A stretch of 63,640 bases of DNA, the filler included, from Chrysochromulina tobinii (lineage: Eukaryota): assembly GCA_001275005.1 (NCBI GenBank). It is 6 parts of 6 records of this genome, joined end to end, with 100 filler letters (N's around TTAATTAATTAA, not from the genome) between each part and the next. Parts side by side here need not be neighbours in the genome. Positions count along the whole stretch, not along the records: positions 25,782 to 32,596 come from JWZX01000470.1; positions 32,697 to 41,185 come from JWZX01000471.1; positions 41,286 to 48,257 come from JWZX01000472.1; 3 more parts are not named here. One strand, given 5' to 3'. The translations under genes and the position numbers were made by a program. Shown in pieces: positions 31,250 to 41,588 of this stretch (positions within the stretch are counted from its first letter, which is position 1; the number at the start of each line of letters is the position of its first letter). A model generated the notes under the pieces. It had not been told where the DNA came from. It was given only the letters and a program-made list of their open reading frames with translations, and did not search any database.

Positions 31250-32596
31250 CAAGAGTGCCTCGCGCGCTATAGAACCATGCCTTGCTGCTGCGAGCCTCGC
31301 CGTGGCGTGCCTTGCGCTACTCTACCTACCACACTGGTTCGGCGCTCAGTTCCAAGATGGTCCGTCATTGCACCCGCCGGGGCGCTCTCTCGTTCCTCTT
31401 CCCTCTCGACTTGTGCAGGCATTTCCTCGTCGCTGAACCATGCTGGGCAAGATCCAGCGGGGGCTCTTCGGGCGCCATGTGCAGAATGGGGTCCTCCCGG
31501 CGCTGCCCGGTAAGCCGCTCTCGTTCAGACGTACTGATGGCTCAGTGATCGGTGGGTCCATCTACCCCATGGCAGCGGGCTTGTGCCACCATCTTCTCGG
31601 CAACGCAGAATCGCTCGATTTCGAATCGGGGCCGTCGACGATTGAGCTCGGCGCTGGGACGGGTGCGGTAGGCGTATTCGCCGCAGCCCTTGGCGGCCGG
31701 TGCGTCCTGACAGACAAGAAAATCGCCCGAGCCGCCGCGCAGCCCGTCTCGTATTCGGCTGATGGTCTTATGGACGTGCTGCCAGGGAGCACGAACGTGC
31801 TGCTCGAGCTGCTGCAGGGCAACGTGGACGACAATCAGCGCAGCGCAGCCCATCCGATGCGTGTGATGCCTCTGGATTGGATGGATCCCACCGCTGTGAG
31901 CGACGTGGCAGAGGCGTCTCCCAACGGCCGCGGCTTCGAGCTCGTTCTCGGATCGGACATCAGTTATGAGCATGCTTCGCATGGGGCCCTTGCGGCCGCC
32001 ATCGAGCGGCTCCTTCGACGGCCAACGAGCGAGCGCGAGGGCGGCCTCGCCCTCATCGCACACGAGACGCGTCTGACGGACAGCCATGGAACTGACATTC
32101 AACTGGAGAGTTTTGTGCGGGCCGCGGCGCATTGCAGGCTCCGGGTGGTGCTCGCGACGCTGCCTAGGGTGCCCGAGGGCTCCACCGGAACGCTTCTTAC
32201 GCTCTCGCATGCCGGCGACCTTGGTTAAAAGAAACCCTGCTCTGGTTCACAGCACACTCAAGCGTGTGTATCCTGAGCGGGCTGTAACAGTTCCGTAGCA
32301 TCGGTTGACGCGTCTGTCGTGTCGTGTTAATTAACTTTCACACAGGAGTTCACGCCGAAACACAAAGTCGAACGAAGGCCGTGTGGGATTGCCGAATTGA
32401 GGCCCGTCGTCGTCGCTGTCAGCGCGACGCGCGCGCCTGCGCTGCGCGCGCCCGCCCGCGACCAAGAGTTACTCGCGCCCTATAGCACTATGTCTTACTG
32501 CTGCGAGACTCGCCGTGGCGTGCCTTGCGCTACTCTACCTACCACACTGGTTCGGCGCTCAGTTCCAAGATGGTCCGTCATTGCACCCGCCGGGGC
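31250..32596 (+). repeat. 134-bp direct repeat at 31250-31383 and 32463-32596 flanking the methyltransferase
   Basis: Near-identical copies; the second copy ends exactly at the contig break. Confidence 0.9.
31440..32228 (+). CDS. METTL21-like (Methyltransf_16) SAM-dependent methyltransferase; 5' end uncertain
   Basis: IELGAGTGAVG, VLTD, LDW and LVLGSDISY. Confidence 0.8.
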   Translation: MLGKIQRGLFGRHVQNGVLPALPGKPLSFRRTDGSVIGGSIYPMAAGLCHHLLGNAESLDFESGPSTIELGAGTGAVGVFAAALGGRCVLTDKKIARAAAQPVSYSADGLMDVLPGSTNVLLELLQGNVDDNQRSAAHPMRVMPLDWMDPTAVSDVAEASPNGRGFELVLGSDISYEHASHGALAAAIERLLRRPTSEREGGLALIAHETRLTDSHGTDIQLESFVRAAAHCRLRVVLATLPRVPEGSTGTLLTLSHAGDLG

Positions 32597-32696
32597 NNNN
32601 NNNNNNNNNNNNNNNNNNNNNNNNNNNNNNNNNNNNNNNNTTAATTAATTAANNNNNNNNNNNNNNNNNNNNNNNNNNNNNNNNNNNNNNNNNNNN
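32597..32696. other. Artificial contig spacer
   Basis: N44-TTAATTAATTAA-N44. Confidence 0.98.
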
Positions 32697-35600
32697 GGCG
32701 GCGAGGGCGAGGGCGGCGGTGGCGAGGGCGGCGGTGGCGACGGCGACGGTGGGGGTGGCGACGGTGGCGACGGCGGCGGCGGGGAGGGCGATGGCGGAGG
32801 CGGTGAGGGAGAGGGCGGCGGCGGCGACGGCGGCGGTGGGAAGGGCGATGGCGGAGGCGGCAGCGAAGGTGGTGGGGGTGCTGGGCAAGTTGAGACTGTG
32901 CCAGAGACGCCGGTGAGGGTCGTTGACCAGGAGCAGACGGTGCCTGCATTGACATAGACATTGGGCCCCTGGGTGGGAAGTAGGGGATGCGAGATCACAA
33001 AGGAGGACACAAAAGCAAGGCATCCCTTGGGGCGATGGGAATGCCCTTGGGGCGATGGGAACTTTTGAGCGTGAGCACGCACTGATACAGCTGTGTTGCC
33101 AGTGATGGTGCACGATGAGATGGCCACTGTGCCAGAATAGACATAGACACCACCACCCTGCAAGCAATGAGCGAAACCTGAGTCTCCCATGGGGGCGATG
33201 GGAAACTTTGAACATGAGCACGCACATAGTCAGCTCTATTCCCACTGATCAAGGAAGACGTTATCGTGACCGTGCCAGAATAGACGTAGACACCACCTCC
33301 CTGCAAACAACAAGCAATTTTGTGAGTTTCCCATGGGGGCGATGGGAACTTTCGAACATGAGCGTGCACACATTTGCAACTGTGTTCCCACTGATGGTGC
33401 TAGATGAGATGGTCACTGAGGGTGAACGCTCTGTGTTCCCACAGATGGTGCAACCCCCTACATTGACACCGCCGCCCTGCAAACAACGAGCAAAACGTGA
33501 GTTTCCCATGGGGGCGATGGGAACTTTTCAAGGAATGCGGCACGTACATACTGTAGTTGACCGAAGCGTTCGCAGTTGTGCAAGCGTGAGTCGAGGCAAG
33601 CGCGTCAGCAATTCTCCCATTGGGGCGATGGGAACTTTTGAAGTTTCAGGCTAGCACGTACTCCATCCTGGTAGTTCGAGGCAGCACCCATCATAAAAGA
33701 TGAGAATCGAAATGGACATGTCAACAAGGCATTTTCCCATCGGGGCGATGGGAACTTGCAGTACGCACCCCCTGTGGTTGACAGCAGTTGTACATCAAGC
33801 GTGAGTCAGGGCAAGCATGTCAGCAATTCTCCCATCGGGGCGATGGGAAATGTTGAAGATGAGCGCGCACATCGCCAGCTGTGTTGGAGTAGATCTGGGA
33901 GTTATTCACAATTGACACTGTGCCAGAATACATGACATGGACACCACCGCCCTGCAAACAACGAGCAAAACGTGAGTCTCCCATAGGGGCGATGGGAACT
34001 TTCAAGTTCTCTGCGGTAGTTGAACGTACCCCCTGTAGTTGACCAAAGCATGAGCAGTTGTGCAAGCGTGAGTCAGGGCAAGCACGTCAGCAATTTTCCC
34101 ATCAGGGCATTGGGAAACTTTAGGTCTCTGCCGCACGTACGCCACAGTTATAGCACTGCGCAAGCGAGAGTAGAGGCAAGCGCGTCAGCAATGTTCCAAT
34201 CGGGACGATGGGAAACATTTCCCATGGGGCGATGGGAACTTTTCAAGGTCTATGCGGCACGTACATACTGGAGTTGACCGGAGCGTTCGCAGTTGTGCAA
34301 GCGTGAGTCGGGGCAAGCACGTCAGCAACTTTCCCATCGGGGCGATGGGAACTTTTGAGCACGAGCACGTACATAGTTAGCTTGGTTCCCACTGATGGTG
34401 CACGATGAGATGGTCACTGTGCCTCCCCCGACATAGACACCGCCGCCCTGCAAACAACAAGCAGAGAACAAACGTGAGTCTCCCACATCGGGGCGAACTT
34501 TTGAGCGTGAGCGCGCACATTGCTAGCTTTATTCCCATAGATCGAGGAAGACGTTATCGTGACCGTGCCGGAAGAGACATGCACACCGCCTCCCTGTAAG
34601 CACAAGTGCAAAACATATGTGAAAATCCCATCGCGCATCGGGGCGATGGGAACTTTTCAAGGAATGCGGCACGTACAAACTGTAGTTGACCGAAGCGTTC
34701 GCAGTTGTGCAAGCGTGAGTCAAGGCAAGCGCGTCAGCAATTCTCCCATCGGGGCGATGGGAACTTTTGAGCATGAGCACGCACATTTCTAGCTTGATTG
34801 GAATACACTTGGGAGTTGACGATTGAGACAGTGCCGGTTAAGACAAAGACACCGCCGCCCTGCAAAACAACGCGCAAATCGTGAGTCTCCCATGGGGGCT
34901 ATGGGATTCTCGAAGGTCTCTGAGGCACGTACGCAACACTGCGCAAGCGAGTCGAGGCAAGCGCGTCAGCAATCTTCCCATTGGGGCAGCAATCTTCCCA
35001 TTGGGGCGATGGCGATTTGCAAGCAAGGCTGGCACGTACCCCTCCCTGGTAGAACAAGATTTGATCCCAATTGAACGGCGAGAGTCGAATCGCATGTCAG
35101 CTGGGAAATTTGCAAGGTATCTGTGGCACGTACATTCTGTAGTTGACCAAAGCGTTCGCAATTGTGCAAGCGTGAGTCGGGGCAAGCATGTCAGCCATTT
35201 TCCCATTGGGGCGATGGGAAGTTTTGAACATGAGCACGCACATCTTCAGCAGCTGTGTTGGAGTAGATCTGGGAGTTCACGATTGACACTGAGCCTCCAT
35301 AGACAACAACACCGCCGCCCTGCAAACAACGAGCAAAATGTCAGTCTCCCATCGGGGCGATGTGGGAACTTTTCAAGGTCTCCATGGCACACACCCACTG
35401 AACATGTAGTTGACCGAAGCGTTTGCAGTTGTGCAAGCGTGAGTCGGGGCAAGCACGTCAGCAACTTTCCCATAGGGGCGATGGGAAACATTGAAGGTCT
35501 CTGGCAGTCTCTGCGGCACATACAGCCTGTAGTTGACCGGAGCGTCGGCCGCAGTTGTGTGCAAGCGTGAGTCGAGGCGAGCACGTCAGCCATTTTCCCA

Positions 35601-37016
35601 TCAGGGCGATGGGAACTTTTGAGCGTGAGCGCGCGCGCGCACATAGTCTGCTGTATTCCCGTAGATCGAGGAAGACGTTATCGTGACCATGCCAGAATAG
35701 ACGTAGACACCGCCTCCCTGCAAACAACAAGCAATTGTGAGTTTCCATGGGAGCGATGGGAACTTTGAGCATGAGCGCGCACATTTGGAGCTTGGTTCCC
35801 ACTGATGGTGCACGATGAGATGACCACAGATGTGCCACCCTGGACATAGACACCGCCGCCCTGCAAACAACGAGCAACACGTCAGTCTCCAATGAGGGTG
35901 ATGGGGAATCTACAGGTCTCTGCGGCTGCCACGTACATCTACAGGTCTCTGTACGTACCCCCTGGTGATGTTGAGCCCAATCAGTTGCACGACGACGCCC
36001 AACGAGCCCGGGTTGATGTACAGCACGCGGCGCGGACTCGAAGAGCTGGCTTGTGCATCCAGCACGACCGAGCCTGCCACCGCCGCCTCGAGGACGACGC
36101 TCCTGGTGATGCTGAGCTCGGCATTGAGGAAGTAGGTGCCGGGGGCAAGGACAATGCGGTCGACGGCGGTGTTGGCGAGTGCACTGGTCAGGCCTGCGCT
36201 GGTGCTCACCGCGGTCTGCAGCTCACGGCGGTGGCTGGGCACAAGCTGCATGGAGTACAGCCCGGGAATGTCGCTGGCTTCGGTGCAGGGCAGCACGGTG
36301 CACGGGAGCGGCGGAAGCGGCAATATGGGCAACGAGGGAGGCGGCTGGGACTGCATCCGAACGTGTGGAGGCGTTGGAATTGGTAATGGCGGCATGGGTG
36401 GGGGCGGTGCCGAGGACCAATGCGGAGGGCCAGAGTCTGGAGGGTACAAGGATAGCGTGGATGGAAGCACAGATAGGGGTGGAGTTAGGCGTGGCAGCGG
36501 CCGTGTCGGGGATGGAAGCGGCGTTGATGGGGATCGCGGGAACGGAGGGGCCGCAACGGGGCTGCTGCCTGCAGAGGTGCTGAGTGCGCTGGTCGGGCTG
36601 GGGGCGACGTCGGCCTGGGCCTGCTGCGCACGACGGTGGTTGAGCTGCGCTGCGTGCATCCCGACAGCAAGAGCGCGATGGCTCGTTTCGGCGACGGTTG
36701 AGACCACCACGCCCGGGGGATCAGGCGGGCACGTGCCGCACGCGACCGGGCAATTGGTCCACGCCAAGGAATAGGAGGCACACGCGGAGGGCTGTGCTTC
36801 AAAGTAGGAGCATGGTAGGGGTGCGCCGGTCGCGTCCAAGGCGCCGCTGTTCACATCATCGGCGCATAAGTGAGTGGGCGGCGGCGGCCGCGGTGGCTGC
36901 ATTTGCGCGGACTCTGCCCGATGCGCAGCACCAGTCCCATCGCCATCAATCAGTGCCGTCGTCGCCATGGCGCTCACCCCGGGGACGATGAGGGCGAGGA
37001 AGGCCAATATGACCCA
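32697..37016 (-). CDS. Multi-exon parallel beta-helix (Pmp/pectin-lyase-like) surface protein with ShK-like Cys module and Pro-rich stalk; 3'-partial, 5' end uncertain
   Basis: The large exon ends at 35937. Repeat exons: 35783-35860, 35643-35717, 35242-35319, 34785-34859, 34519-34593, 34373-34447, 33871-33951, 33372-33476, 33226-33300, 33083-33157; each encodes GGGV.V..G.V.I....I..N.A.. The terminal exon starts at 32968 (GPNVYV...CPAPPPPS..). All junctions are CAG|exon|GT, phase 0. Confidence 0.85.
33020..35910 (-). repeat. Family of homologous introns centred on the hairpin TTCCCATCG-CCC-CGATGGGAA, enclosing 12 putative micro-exons
   Basis: The motif, or a degenerate copy, is present in 22 of the 23 introns; a perfect 9-bp stem is at 34331-34351. 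Confidence 0.85.
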
Positions 37017-38049
37017 CTCGTTACGGGAGGAGCGATTGTTCTTCGACCAAATCACAATGTGCGTGTTCCGGCCGGACCGTTCCTGCTCCGAGCAAACTGC
37101 ATGGACGAGCAGCCCGCCGAGCCTGAGCAGCAAGAGCGCGCCGTCGAGGCACTTTACCCACCGTAAAGGCGCACCGTTCCTTTTCGCCCCTTCATCGACG
37201 GGGACGCCCGCAGTGTCCTCGTATGGGAACGAGTACTTGACGTCGGCGTTCCAGAGCTTGCTCTCGATGAAGAGCTCCTCAATTGCGATCTCAAAGACCT
37301 GGCGCACGCCCTCGCGCAGCCCGTTGTCGGCCGTCATCGAGTTACGCCCGGCGCAAGTGCATGCAGCACCGTGGTAGATGGCGCACGGGTCGATGGTGGA
37401 GTTGCCTGCCGGGTTGCGGTGGAGGTCAGTGCCGCCGACCGGGGTGGATAGGCACGGGCACAACACCATGTTCCGGCAATCAATCTTAGAGATGATGGAG
37501 AATGGATTCGAGCATATGTTTGGCGGTGGGTTGGGTGCCGGATGCACTGCTGGTGACCGTGGAGGCGGCGTTGGCATGGAGACGCGCGGTTGAGAAAGCA
37601 GTGGAGAAGGCGGTGAAGAGGGCGGTGGAGAAGGCGGTGTTGACAGCGGCGGTGGCGGTGGCGGCGGTGGCGACGGCGGCGGAGGCGACGGCGGATAGGC
37701 ACACGTTGCGAACTCTGACCCAGGGCCGCTGCCGTCGTCGCTGCACGAGCTACCGCCGTCGTTGAGGCAGTTGTTCATGCAGACCGTGGCAGGGGAATGT
37801 GGCGGGGGGGGCGGCGACGCGCTGCGCACGCCGCAGTCGCCGCAGTCGGTGCCGACCACGCACATCGGGAACTCGGAGCCGGGGCCAATGTCGTCGCAAT
37901 CGTTGCAATTGTTGTCGGAGAGGAGCACGCTGGTGTCCAAAGACAAGAAAGACGGCGGGGCGGACGAAGTTGCACCGAGGATGGGCTGACAGCCTCCCCG
38001 CAGGGGCATCTTATCCCCGTCAAAGGGTGTCGAGGTTGCGCCAAACTCC

Positions 38050-39645
38050 TCCGTGGCCGACTCGAGCTCGGCCTTGAGCTCGTGCACGGCCTTGAGCTCG
38101 TGCACGGCGACCTCGTCGAACAGCTTCTCGGCCTTCATCAGGCCAAACTTGGCCGCGGTCAGGGCGACCTCCTTGTAGGCCGCGCCGGGCTTCTGCGAGA
38201 GCGTCACGACGACATTGAGCGCCGGCAGCAGGGTGCACAGCGGCTCGACGCCGAAGCGCTCCGGGAAGCCCGAGGGCTGGCCCAGCATCGAGATCACGAG
38301 GAGATTGCGCCCCTTGATCTGCTCGTGCGCAAAGGCCATCGCGTACATCTTCTGGAGCTCCTTGGGGTACGCCCTGACGAGCGCGCCCACCGCCAGGTCG
38401 GTCGACATGTCGACGAACGTGCTCTCGACGTTGACGTAGCGCGTGAGGAGGGTACACGTGACGTCGATGGCGTTCTCGCGCAGGCCCTTGGCGTACTTGT
38501 CGATCTGCGCCGTCACGGGCGCGATGATGATGCGCACGTTGGCCTGCATCGACTCAAAGGGCGACTTGACGAACTTCCCCACGACGGCGCGCACCTTGGC
38601 CACCAGGTTGTCGTTAAGGTTGTCGGTCTCGGTCGAGTCCATGCCGTTCAAGTGCTCGGGGAGCGTGGCGGCGTACACCTTCTGCATCATCGCGTAGAGA
38701 TCCATCGGCATCTTCTGGCCGAGAGCGGACGCAGCATCCTTGATTTCCTCGATGGGCAAGCTAATCGACGCGAGCGCCGAGAGCATGGCCTGCACCGCGG
38801 GCTCGGCGTCGAGCACGTAGCCGTCCATCACGAGCTCGAGCGTCTTCTGCGCCTTGCGGAAGCGCTTGAGCGTGGCGGAGCTGGCGACCATCTCCTCACC
38901 GGTCGCGTACTCGAGGGTCCCGCTGAACGTGCCGATCTTCTTGACGCGGGGCGGGTCCGCGAGCGTGAGGGAGGCGAGCAAGTCGCCCTGGTTGATGATG
39001 GAGCCCGCGGGCTTCTCGTGCTTGATCACGTCGCCCTCGTGCTTGTTCGCGCCGCTCTCGGTCGCATTGAGCGTGATGATCATCTTCATCGCCTTGGCCT
39101 CCAGGAACGTCTCGCCCTTCTTGACGCTGGCGCCGTCCTCAACGGTGTTGCGAACGAGCTTGCCGGTGATGTCCGAGCGCGGGTCATACAGGGTCGGGAG
39201 GAGCACGGCCACGTCGTGGAGCACCATGCGCAGGCCGAGGGCCTCTTCCTTGGCGAAGACCTGGTGCGACTCAACGCCGCAGGCCACGTACATGGAGCCG
39301 TCGGCCAGCTCGCGGTAGCGCCCCTCGATCGACTGCGCTCCCATATTGAGGACCATCTTGTCTGGCGCCTTGGGCGTCACCCGGAACGAGTACTTGACGT
39401 CGGCGTACGTGATGTCAACCGGGATCGACTGATGCTCCTTCAGGGGCAGGGTCGAGAGCTGGCCCTTGCCGAGGTTGTCCTTGAAGTTGGCAATGCCGCC
39501 CTGGATCATCTGCTTGTAGGCGGGGAAGACGGCCGTGTTGATCACAGCCGAGGAGGGGACGATGGTGATCACGTCCGACTTATGGACGACAATGCCGTCG
39601 AGCCACGCGGTGTCGATGGTGATTGACTTGAAGGCATCCGTCTCG
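38050..39645 (-). pseudogene. Degenerate internal fragment of a eukaryotic acetyl-CoA carboxylase (biotin-carrier and central region)
   Basis: IDTAWLD, LADG, YDP.SDITGKLVR, EAKAMKMII (MKM at 39081-39089), GSIINQGDLLA.L.L.DP..VK and KY.KGLRE. Small deletions and duplications (VHELKAVHELKA); no complete BC or CT domain. Confidence 0.75.
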
Positions 39646-41185
39646 CCATATGAGGGCTTGCCTTGGGATGGCTGCGCGCAGGCACGAGGAACGTGTCTCA
39701 GCTGGGGCAGGGCGTTGGAGCTGCAGCGGGCTGCAGCGGGCTGGAGCGTGGCAGGCGGTAACGTGTGTGTGGTGTGTGCGGTGAAGTTGAAGGTGTAGCA
39801 GAGGTGCTGGGGATGCAGAGCACAACCCATGATGGATCTGTGCTCTCGCTGAGGTGGCGCTACACGGCGGGTGAGTGCAGGCAGGGGTACACGGCGGACG
39901 GGATGAGCATCGCGCCGACGCGCCACGCCGACAGCGCCGGCGCCTCGAGCATGATTGAGTCCGACTCCATCTCCGTCGTCAGCGACGCCGGCAGAGGCGA
40001 CAAGGCAAGTGCATGAGGAGGAGCATGCCCCGACGAGGCCGCGGTGGTGCTTGTTGTGGCGGCCATGGCATCGATGATCAGGCCGAAGCAGACGGCGCTG
40101 CAGGCTTCTCGCCGCCTGGCCATGCGGCAGAGCCCGCGGGCGTGACGACGGCCGGATCCTCGTGACCGAGCTGTCGACGTTGTGCCTGCCGGTCGTGGCG
40201 GAGATGTCGAGGGCGCGGTGGCCGTCGAGCCCGAGCGCTCGCAGCTGCAGCTGCCTGCACCGGGGGAGCAACGCGAAAGCCGTCAGCATAACTGGCGAGG
40301 TGGCGCGCTCGCTCGCACGTGCCGATGGCCAGCGCAAGTGGCGTCGCGCTGAGGCGGGCGCGGAGTCTGCGGAGTCGGGCAGGCGCAGGAGCGGACATCG
40401 CGCGCGCGCGGCCTCGTGCGCGCGCGCCTGCAGCATGCACACCGGCCTCGCGCGCGCAGCGGCAGGGCCGACCGAGGCTGCGCCGCATGCGTGGCGGCCG
40501 GCCGGGCTGGGGGGCACACCTGTGGATGGTGGGTTGGCATCCCTGGGCGATGAAGAGGTTGGTGACGAAGTATAACGACGTAGATCATGGGGTGGATCGT
40601 CTTGCCCGCATTCTAGTGCCCCGCGGCGCGTCCATTGTGATGTGTGCGCTCGGCGGGTGGTGTGCGTGCGGAGTTGAGTGTGGCGGGGCTATCGTGTTGA
40701 TCTTGCGTGGCGGCTGGGCGAAGAGGGCGGAACTTGGGGCGGAGATCGCACCTCGAACTGAAGCGGAGATTGAACCTCGAATTGCGTAGCGCCTTGGCCG
40801 GCGGCGGCCGAGGCGTTGTTGTCCTCATGAAGCTGGTAGGACGAACCAGGGGTCTCGCCGACCGCGGTGGGCGACGAGAAGGTCTTGTCTTGCGAGGGCT
40901 GCGCGAATGCACGAGAAACGTGTGAGCTGGGGCACGGGCGGTGGAGTGGAAGCGGGCTGCGAGTGGCAGGCGGTGACGTGAGTGTGTGGTGCGTGCAGTG
41001 TAGATGCAGGTGAGTGCTACACGGGTGAGTGTGGGCTGTCGTCGTGCGAGAGGCGGTGATGTGGTGGACCCGTGCCGAGAGGCGGCGCGGCGTGGAGGCC
41101 GTGGTGGTGCTTGCTGCGGAGATCATGGCGCCGATGACCAGGACGGAGTCGACGGGGCCGTTCTTGATGGTGAGCGGGTCGAGCA

Positions 41186-41285
41186 NNNNNNNNNNNNNNN
41201 NNNNNNNNNNNNNNNNNNNNNNNNNNNNNTTAATTAATTAANNNNNNNNNNNNNNNNNNNNNNNNNNNNNNNNNNNNNNNNNNNN
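41186..41285. other. Artificial contig spacer
   Basis: N44-TTAATTAATTAA-N44. Confidence 0.98.
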
Positions 41286-41588
41286 GGCTGCCAAGGTCTC
41301 CAGCGTGGAGCCCGGCGACGAGCCCGGCAACGACGAGGCGGGCCCAAGTTGAGTTACATGTAACCGAGAAGACTGAGATCGTGTCATCGAGGCCACGGAG
41401 TTGAGAGGTTGGCGCAAAGAACCGTCTTTGCGCCAGCTTTCTCCCGCACTCCCCCGAAACCCGCCCCCTCCCCCCCTCCCCCCTTTCCAAATTTGTCATG
41501 TTCCGAAAAAGCTCGCGTTCACACTTCTGCCTTTTTGCATCATGCTGGTCGGTACCTTGTGTGTCGATTCAACTGACCCTTTCTCAAC

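Noticed and set aside
32995..35892. Many short ORFs (SSHRPHG, PMGAMG peptides)
   Set aside because: They are translations of the repeated introns and palindrome, not separate genes.
33020..35910. CRISPR-like array of palindromic repeats
   Set aside because: The intervening sequences are homologous to each other and contain exons with splice sites; spacing is irregular, there are no cas genes, and the context is eukaryotic.
35910..40517. The 1535-aa ORF as a functional acetyl-CoA carboxylase
   Set aside because: Only a degenerate internal ACC fragment is present, the ORF includes intron-like sequence, and its 3' end reads into the first intron of the beta-helix gene.
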